64,000 bases of DNA from assembly GCA_018819305.1 (NCBI GenBank), contig JAHJQO010000014.1, positions 34,832 to 98,831 of the forward strand, given 5' to 3'. The notes below the pieces were generated by a model that worked only from the letters and a program-made list of their open reading frames with translations, made no database searches and had not been told where the DNA came from. Positions 58,447-64,000 of the stretch are shown in pieces; within the stretch, counting starts at the first letter, position 1, and every line of letters starts with the position of its first letter. A program made the translations under genes and the position numbers. The stretch is from Nanobdellota archaeon (GTDB taxonomy: Archaea > Nanobdellota > Nanobdellia > Woesearchaeales > SM23-78).

Positions 58447-59418
58447 ATGACCACAAAAAAACAAGTCTCAAAAATAATTATTATTATAACAGTAATATTT
58501 CTAGCAATAATAACAACAAGCTGCAATAAGGAAACTGAAACCTTAAAGGTGGCCTGGATGACGACATGGACTGATGGAGGGTTGACAGCACAAGCACTCA
58601 AAAACACTGACATTCTTGAAAAAAATAATGCAAATGCAGAGATGATTTCTTTTCTTTACGGTCCTCCAATGGTAGAAGCAGCACTGTCAAACCAAGTGGA
58701 TGTGCTTTTTGTAGGCTGGGTGCCTGCAGTAAATTTAATGTCAAAATCAGATGACTGGATTATTGTATCCAAACTGGCATATTTCCCTATGGAACTAATG
58801 GCTAGAGAAGGTTCTGGGATTCAAAGTGTAAATGATTTGAAAAATAAAAAAATAGGAGTGCCTTATGCAACAGGGCCTTATCCGCATGTTGTTAATTCTC
58901 TTAAAGAAAAAGGACTCATCGCAGGAAAAGACTATGAACTCGTGAACCTAAAGCCGTCTGACATGGGAACTGCACTGGAAAGAGCATATGTAGATGCTGT
59001 TTCATGGAGCGAACCCAGTCTTACTTTATTTGCACAAAAAAAACTTGCTTATCCAATCGAAGAATACACAGATATAAGCTTTATTGTAGTGTCAAAGTCT
59101 TATGCTGAGAATCATCCAGAGCAAATGAAAAACTTTCTCAAAGCAATTAAGGAAGCGCAGTTTTATGTGTCTCAACATAAGGAAGAAGTTTTTGGATGGT
59201 TTGCAGAGGAATCCAGATTTGACCTTTCGCTTGTAAAATCATTAAAAATAATAGAGCCAAACTATGATGCCAACAGTATTGAAGAAGTAGATCTGACAAT
59301 ATCTGATTTCTGGATTAAAGAAACACAAAAGAAAATAGATTTTGAATATCAAGAGGGAATCCTAAGCAAGAAATTGGTTCTTAGCAAAAAAATAGATCAA
59401 AGTTATATAAGCGATTAG
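58447..59418 (+). CDS. ABC transporter substrate-binding protein, NMT1/SsuA/TauA-like (NitT/TauT family). N-terminal lipoprotein-like signal.
   Basis: Signal peptide plus TSCNKE lipobox-like. Type II PBP pattern. It is in an operon with a permease and an ATPase. Confidence 0.6.
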   Translation: MTTKKQVSKIIIIITVIFLAIITTSCNKETETLKVAWMTTWTDGGLTAQALKNTDILEKNNANAEMISFLYGPPMVEAALSNQVDVLFVGWVPAVNLMSKSDDWIIVSKLAYFPMELMAREGSGIQSVNDLKNKKIGVPYATGPYPHVVNSLKEKGLIAGKDYELVNLKPSDMGTALERAYVDAVSWSEPSLTLFAQKKLAYPIEEYTDISFIVVSKSYAENHPEQMKNFLKAIKEAQFYVSQHKEEVFGWFAEESRFDLSLVKSLKIIEPNYDANSIEEVDLTISDFWIKETQKKIDFEYQEGILSKKLVLSKKIDQSYISD

Positions 59419-59421
59419 AAA

Positions 59422-60171
59422 ATGAACAAAAAACTTCATACTGTTAAAGAAGTAATAATATCAATAATCATATTCATATGCGCATGGTACCTTCTGTCAA
59501 TTATATTAAAAAGCTATTTTCTGCCAAGACCAGAAATTGTGCTAAAAACCCTAGTTGTTCTTTTAGTCAAAGGAGAAATAACCATTCATTTAATAGCAAG
59601 CCTGAAAAGGACCTTGCTGGGCTTTACACTGGCTTTACTCGCAGGTTCATTAACTGCTTATATGCTGGGTTTATCAAAGAGCATAGGTAAATACTTTCAT
59701 CCTATGATTGAATTTATCAGGCCAATACCTCCCTTGGCATGGATTCCTCTGGCAATTGTCTGGTTTGGCATAGGAAATGGCTCTGCAATATTTGTTATAT
59801 TCATAGCAACCTTTTTTCCAATATTCACTAGTACTTACTTTGGTGTTAAAACTATTCTAAACGAGCACAAAAGATTAAAACATCATTATCAACTAAACAA
59901 CATCCAATACTTCACACACATAGTCTTTCCACACAGTCTTCCTTATTTATTATCAGGTTCAAAAACAGGCTTGGGCATGTCATGGATGGCCGTAATAGCA
60001 GCAGAAATAATAGCTGCAAACACAGGTCTTGGATATTTCATAGAAATAAACCGAGTGCTGCTTAACATCGAAATAGTAATAGCAACAATGATTATTATTG
60101 GAATTATAGGTTATACAATGGCATTAATTCTAAAATATATAGAGACAAAGATCTTGTACTGGGTGGATTAA
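59422..60171 (+). CDS. ABC transporter permease (binding-protein-dependent transport inner-membrane component, SsuC/TauC-like).
   Basis: It has 6 TM helices and the EAA-like region (GMSWMAVIAAEIIAANTGLGY). Confidence 0.7.
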   Translation: MNKKLHTVKEVIISIIIFICAWYLLSIILKSYFLPRPEIVLKTLVVLLVKGEITIHLIASLKRTLLGFTLALLAGSLTAYMLGLSKSIGKYFHPMIEFIRPIPPLAWIPLAIVWFGIGNGSAIFVIFIATFFPIFTSTYFGVKTILNEHKRLKHHYQLNNIQYFTHIVFPHSLPYLLSGSKTGLGMSWMAVIAAEIIAANTGLGYFIEINRVLLNIEIVIATMIIIGIIGYTMALILKYIETKILYWVD

Positions 60172-60174
60172 AAA

Positions 60175-60888
60175 ATGAACCAAACATATTTATTGGATTT
60201 AAAAAACATTTATTTTAGTTATCCTGATGAATCAGAAATAATAATTCTGAGAGATTTCTCATTAAAAATAAAAAAAGGAGAGATTATATCCATACTCGGT
60301 GCTAATGGCTGTGGAAAAACCACCTTACTTAATATAATATCAGGATTCCTAAAACCTGACAAAGGGAACATTATATGGTCTGAAAAAAACAAAAAAAGTC
60401 TTCTGACCTCATTAGTTTTCCAACAAGCAAATCTATTGGAATGGAAAACAGGGTACCAAAACATAGAATTATCATTAATAAGTCATATCTCTGACAAGAA
60501 AAAAAGAAAAAAAATAGTAAATAACATGTTGAATCTTTTAGAAATATACCCTCATAAAAACAAATTACCAAGGCAAATGTCAGGAGGAATAAAACAAAGA
60601 ACAACTGTAGCAAGAGCATTGGCACCAAAGCCACAAATACTTCTTTTAGATGAGCCATTCAGCGCAGTAGATATTGCTAGTAAAGAAAAACTAATGAAAG
60701 ATATAAAAAAAGTAATAAAAAAACAAGAGCAAAGTACAATTCTGGTTACACATAATCTTGATGAAGCATTATTATTTGCAGATAAAATATTGATTATGAA
60801 TTCTAAAAAAAGAAATATAAAAGAAATCGATAATATTAGGCAAATATCAAAAAAAGAAATAATTAGGATACTAAATATGAAGAAATAA
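60175..60888 (+). CDS. ABC transporter ATP-binding protein (SsuB/TauB-like).
   Basis: GANGCGKTT, MSGGIKQRTTVARAL and LLLDEPFSAVD. Confidence 0.8.
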   Translation: MNQTYLLDLKNIYFSYPDESEIIILRDFSLKIKKGEIISILGANGCGKTTLLNIISGFLKPDKGNIIWSEKNKKSLLTSLVFQQANLLEWKTGYQNIELSLISHISDKKKRKKIVNNMLNLLEIYPHKNKLPRQMSGGIKQRTTVARALAPKPQILLLDEPFSAVDIASKEKLMKDIKKVIKKQEQSTILVTHNLDEALLFADKILIMNSKKRNIKEIDNIRQISKKEIIRILNMKK

Positions 60889-61374
60889 TTATTCTTTTGG
60901 ATTCTCCTTCAATCCAAACAATCCACTCTTGTAATTCTTAATCTGTCTGAAGATTGTACCAAATAGACCTGGAATACTGTAGCCGACAAGAGGCGCCAGA
61001 TAATATGGAACAAAACTTGTTTCTAATAGGAAATAATGAAGTAATATCTGAAGCACACCTGTAATTAGCAATGCACCACTATTTGCTTTTAATAATTCAT
61101 AAATATATTGTTTAGGATAAGGCTGCCCTTTGAATAGATAAGAATAAGCTATTCTGTGAGCTATCATGTTTCCAGCCCAAAAAGCAGTGTGCATAGCCAG
61201 AAATGTAGCAATAGCATTGAATTCATTGCCAAAACCACTATTTTTAAAGTAAATTGTTGCAAGGGTTGCAACCACATAACCTGATAAAGCTCCCCCAAGC
61301 TCAGCTATAATATAATCAATATTATCTTTAGAAAAAATTTCGTGAATAATTCCTTTACTCTTTTTTTTAGTCAT
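60889..61374 (-). CDS. Small polytopic membrane protein (possibly GtrA-like). The listed ORF's first 42 codons are a translated tRNA, so the real start is MTKKKSKG.
   Basis: The listed N-terminus (ARSLAWIGRRPSKPKVRGSNPLGLT) overlaps tRNA-Arg exactly. The hydrophobic helices begin after MTKKK. Confidence 0.35.
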   Translation of the reverse strand: MTKKKSKGIIHEIFSKDNIDYIIAELGGALSGYVVATLATIYFKNSGFGNEFNAIATFLAMHTAFWAGNMIAHRIAYSYLFKGQPYPKQYIYELLKANSGALLITGVLQILLHYFLLETSFVPYYLAPLVGYSIPGLFGTIFRQIKNYKSGLFGLKENPKE

Positions 61375-61379
61375 AAAAG

Positions 61380-61454
61380 TGAGCCCGAGGGGATTCGAAC
61401 CCCTGACCTTCGGCTTAGAAGGCCGACGCCCTATCCAGGCTAGGCTACGGGCCC
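61380..61454 (-). tRNA. tRNA-Arg (anticodon TCT), 75 nt, no encoded CCA.
   Basis: Acceptor GGGCCCG/CGGGCTC (one GU). D-arm GCCT-AGCCTGGATA-GGGC. Anticodon arm TCGGC-CTTCTAA-GCCGA. Variable AGGTC. T-arm AGGGG-TTCGAAT-CCCCT. Discriminator A. Confidence 0.85.
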
Positions 61455-61496
61455 AATAAAAGAATAGTATTCTATTTTGTTTATAAAAGTTTTCTC

Positions 61497-62915
61497 TCAA
61501 AGCCTTAATTTGTTAGCCATGAGCACAAGAATGAAGTATATTGGTGCTGCTAGTATCAGCAAGACAAAGGCCAATATCTTGAACAAAACAATCAATCCCA
61601 TTGTTTGAGCCACCCATGAGCCTATTGGTATGAGGATAATAAAGGGGATTACAATTGCAATGCTCAGGGCTGCAAAAAATATTTTTCTTTTTTCTTCAGG
61701 CAGGAGTTTTCTCAATAAAAGTCCTTGTCCCATGCCAAGTATGGCTGCTCCTAAAACGGACAATGCATTTGCCACGCTAACACTCAGAAAATGGGGATTA
61801 TAAGCAGATACCAATGGCATCATGGCAATCAGCAGAGTTCCAAAAACAAGAGTTGGCGCTAATCCAACTTTTTTATTCAGGAATTTTGAAAACATTGGCC
61901 CTAAAAAAGACACAACAATAGCAAATGTGAAAATCATTGCCACATTCATAAATCCTCCGAGAGCTGCAAACTGAAACTGCTTATATATAAATATTCCATA
62001 AAAAGAATTTCCAAGAATCTGAACAAGCCCTGTAATTGAACTGGCAAAAAGCAAAGTCAATAAATACTTGTTTTTTACAAACAGCTTGGTTTGCTCTCTT
62101 ATTCTGTTGTAAAAAGCAGACACAAACTCTTTAACTTTCTCAGTTTCAACTTTTTTCTCTTTAAAATAATGCAAAACATAACCTGAAAGAATAAATACAA
62201 TAGCTGTAATTTCAAAAGAAATCAAATAACCATATAGAGGAAGGCTTTTTCCAAACAACACCAGCTTTGTTGCATTAAACATTGGAAACTTGTCAAAAAG
62301 AAAACCTGCAATCAAAAGAGATGCTCCTGTAATCAAGACACCATAATGAGATATCCTGAGCAGGAACTTGCTCATTTTTTCTTTTTTCAGGGTCTGCTCT
62401 ACAAGCTTGTTATACAAATCGCCGTATGTCACCACGCCAATACTGCCTGCTAAAAGAGCAATTGCAAATAAAGGAAGAGACTTGATTACTACAGCCATAG
62501 CAATGAATAAAAAACTAATCCCAAAGAAAATTCCTGCTTTACTCAGGAATTTTTTGCTTATTTCCCTGACTTTAGAATATTCTTCTAAAAATGAAGAAAT
62601 AACAAGTGAAAGAATTGTTCTTAATCCATTAATAATACCTATTAAGAAAAAACCAGCTCCTGTTAAGTAAAACAATATGTTGATGAATTGCACACTTGCA
62701 AAACCATAGCCAATACGGTCAAGGATTTCTTTGACAGTCAGAAGACTAATGTTCTTTTTTTCATCCTGAGATCTTTCAGTACCTTTAATGTTCTGAATAG
62801 CATCCAGCACTTCTTCTTCCATATATCCTTCACTAACAAGATCTGAGCGAACTTCATCTATTGCTCTATCTTCTTCAAAAGCCTGCCTGACTCTTTCAAA
62901 TACCTCTTTTCCCAT
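61497..62915 (-). CDS. Polytopic membrane transporter (MFS-like, ~12 TM) with a soluble N-terminal ~60-aa domain.
   Basis: Hydrophobicity pattern only. No sharp motif. Confidence 0.4.
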   Translation of the reverse strand: MGKEVFERVRQAFEEDRAIDEVRSDLVSEGYMEEEVLDAIQNIKGTERSQDEKKNISLLTVKEILDRIGYGFASVQFINILFYLTGAGFFLIGIINGLRTILSLVISSFLEEYSKVREISKKFLSKAGIFFGISFLFIAMAVVIKSLPLFAIALLAGSIGVVTYGDLYNKLVEQTLKKEKMSKFLLRISHYGVLITGASLLIAGFLFDKFPMFNATKLVLFGKSLPLYGYLISFEITAIVFILSGYVLHYFKEKKVETEKVKEFVSAFYNRIREQTKLFVKNKYLLTLLFASSITGLVQILGNSFYGIFIYKQFQFAALGGFMNVAMIFTFAIVVSFLGPMFSKFLNKKVGLAPTLVFGTLLIAMMPLVSAYNPHFLSVSVANALSVLGAAILGMGQGLLLRKLLPEEKRKIFFAALSIAIVIPFIILIPIGSWVAQTMGLIVLFKILAFVLLILAAPIYFILVLMANKLRL

Positions 62916-63019
62916 TACAATAAACTTTTGATATTTGTGTTTATAAATTTATTGCTAAGAAGAAATAATTTGATTTATCCGAAAACTATTTATAGCTTAT
63001 TCTCGTAATTATTAGTTAA

Positions 63020-64000
63020 ATGGGCAAAATTACTTTTGCTTTTCGAAAGCTTTCAAAAAAGAGGGTTGGCCGTATTGACAGGAAGTGGGATTTTGATGCA
63101 CAGAGTGCTATAACCAGTCCACCGCTTGTTGTTGATATTGATGGTGACGGCAAGAAAGAGATAGTTTTTGGAACAAAAAAAGGAAAGCTCTTTGTTCTTG
63201 ATGCTAAATCAGGCATCAAATGGTTTTATGACACAAATGAAACAGTTGATGATGTCGAACTGATGTTTCTTGACAGCGATACCATGAGCAGCATAGGTGC
63301 TGTTCCAAACATTGCAGATATCAACAGAGACGGCAAGAATGAGATTGTTTTTGGCACAGAACTGGGAATAATTTATGTTCTTGATACTCGAGGCAAGCTG
63401 CTCTGGAAATACAAGACAGGAGGAGCTGTGAGAGGACAAATCCTGATTTATGATTTATATGGAGATGGTGATCCAAAAATCATTTTTGGATGTGCTGATG
63501 GCAAGCTTTATGTGCTAAATTCAAAAGGAAATCTGGTCTGGCAGTATGATGCAGGCAGTGAAATTAACAGCACCCCTGGAATCCTGCATAAAGACAAGCT
63601 AATAATTATTTTTGGTGCTGATAATGGAAGTATCTTTGGTGTTAATACTAAAGGTGACCTCGTCTGGAAATTTCAAGCTAAAGACAAGGTATTTGCACAG
63701 CCTGCAATTGGAAAATTATTCAATGATGACAGAATGTTCATAGTAATTGGCAGCAATGACCAGCATCTTTATGTTCTTGATGAAGCAGGCGAATTATTTT
63801 GGGATTACAAGACTGAAGGTGCTATTCTGGCAAAAGCCTGCCTGGCAGACATTAATGATGACAATAAATTAGAGATTATTTTTGGCAGCTGCGACAATAA
63901 TGTTTATGCCCTAACCCCATATGGTGACAAGATTTGGAGTTATGAAACTGATTTTTGGGTTGCAAGCGAACCAATTGTCGAAGATATAGATGGTGACAAT
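63020..64000 (+). CDS. 3'-partial CDS for a PQQ-like/FG-GAP-like beta-propeller repeat protein. It runs off the window end.
   Basis: Frame from ATG 63020 is open to the window end. Repeats: DIDGDGKKEIVFGT.KGKLFVLDAKSG..W, NRDGKNEIVFGT..GIIYVLDTRGKLLWKY, DGDPKIIFGCADGKLYVLNSKGNLVWQY, etc. Confidence 0.5.
   Translation, partial: MGKITFAFRKLSKKRVGRIDRKWDFDAQSAITSPPLVVDIDGDGKKEIVFGTKKGKLFVLDAKSGIKWFYDTNETVDDVELMFLDSDTMSSIGAVPNIADINRDGKNEIVFGTELGIIYVLDTRGKLLWKYKTGGAVRGQILIYDLYGDGDPKIIFGCADGKLYVLNSKGNLVWQYDAGSEINSTPGILHKDKLIIIFGADNGSIFGVNTKGDLVWKFQAKDKVFAQPAIGKLFNDDRMFIVIGSNDQHLYVLDEAGELFWDYKTEGAILAKACLADINDDNKLEIIFGSCDNNVYALTPYGDKIWSYETDFWVASEPIVEDIDGDN

Noticed and set aside
60889-61500. Listed 203-aa ORF whose N-terminus reads ARSLAWIGRRPSKPKVRGSNPLGLT.
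   Set aside because: That segment is the antisense/sense translation of the tRNA-Arg(TCT) gene at 61380..61454. The protein most likely starts at the internal Met (61374).
1-64000. CRISPR arrays, rRNA genes, integrase/transposase genes.
   Set aside because: No regularly spaced direct repeats, no rRNA-like conserved tracts, and no recombinase motifs (tyrosine RHRY or DDE) were recognised in any frame.

Overview
This is a low-GC (~33%) window that looks archaeal: it holds an intein-bearing family-B DNA polymerase, ABCE1, TrmB-type regulators, archaeal-style tRNAs and a signal peptidase. Gene density and content suggest a small-genome (DPANN-like) lineage, but that is an inference. About 65 plausible genes are supported.

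Main content:
- A MacB-type ABC exporter module (ATPase, surface protein, two FtsX permeases).
- A glycogen metabolism island: debranching enzyme, NDP-sugar pyrophosphorylase, GalT-like HIT protein, GT3 eukaryote-type glycogen synthase, GH57, GT4/5.
- glnA.
- PolB with a LAGLIDADG intein inserted in the YGD|TDS motif.
- An unusual 7-gene minus-strand operon at 29.8-38.3 kb: an ARC/Mpa-like AAA+ unfoldase with tandem OB domains, a pseudo-dimeric (tandem ThiF) E1-like enzyme, a JAMM-like metalloprotease, a possible UBC-fold protein, and unknowns. This is the best candidate for a novel ubiquitin-like conjugation/unfolding system.
- An ABCE1 locus where an intact N-terminal FeS-motif fragment, a free-standing LAGLIDADG endonuclease gene and a full-length ABCE1 with degenerate FeS cysteines are juxtaposed.
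- A Fic protein and a CFA-synthase-like methyltransferase.
- The liv ABC operon and a PhoU-like regulator.
- A membrane-anchored ePK-like kinase.
- A tRNA-Cys(GCA) carrying a ~31-nt non-canonical insertion right after nt 9, immediately downstream of a second LAGLIDADG endonuclease gene.
- An HTH-nucleotidyltransferase/HEPN pair flanked by imperfect direct repeats.
- An AlkD-like glycosylase, an NitT/TauT-type ABC transporter, tRNA-Arg(TCT), and a partial beta-propeller protein.

No CRISPR array or rRNA was seen.
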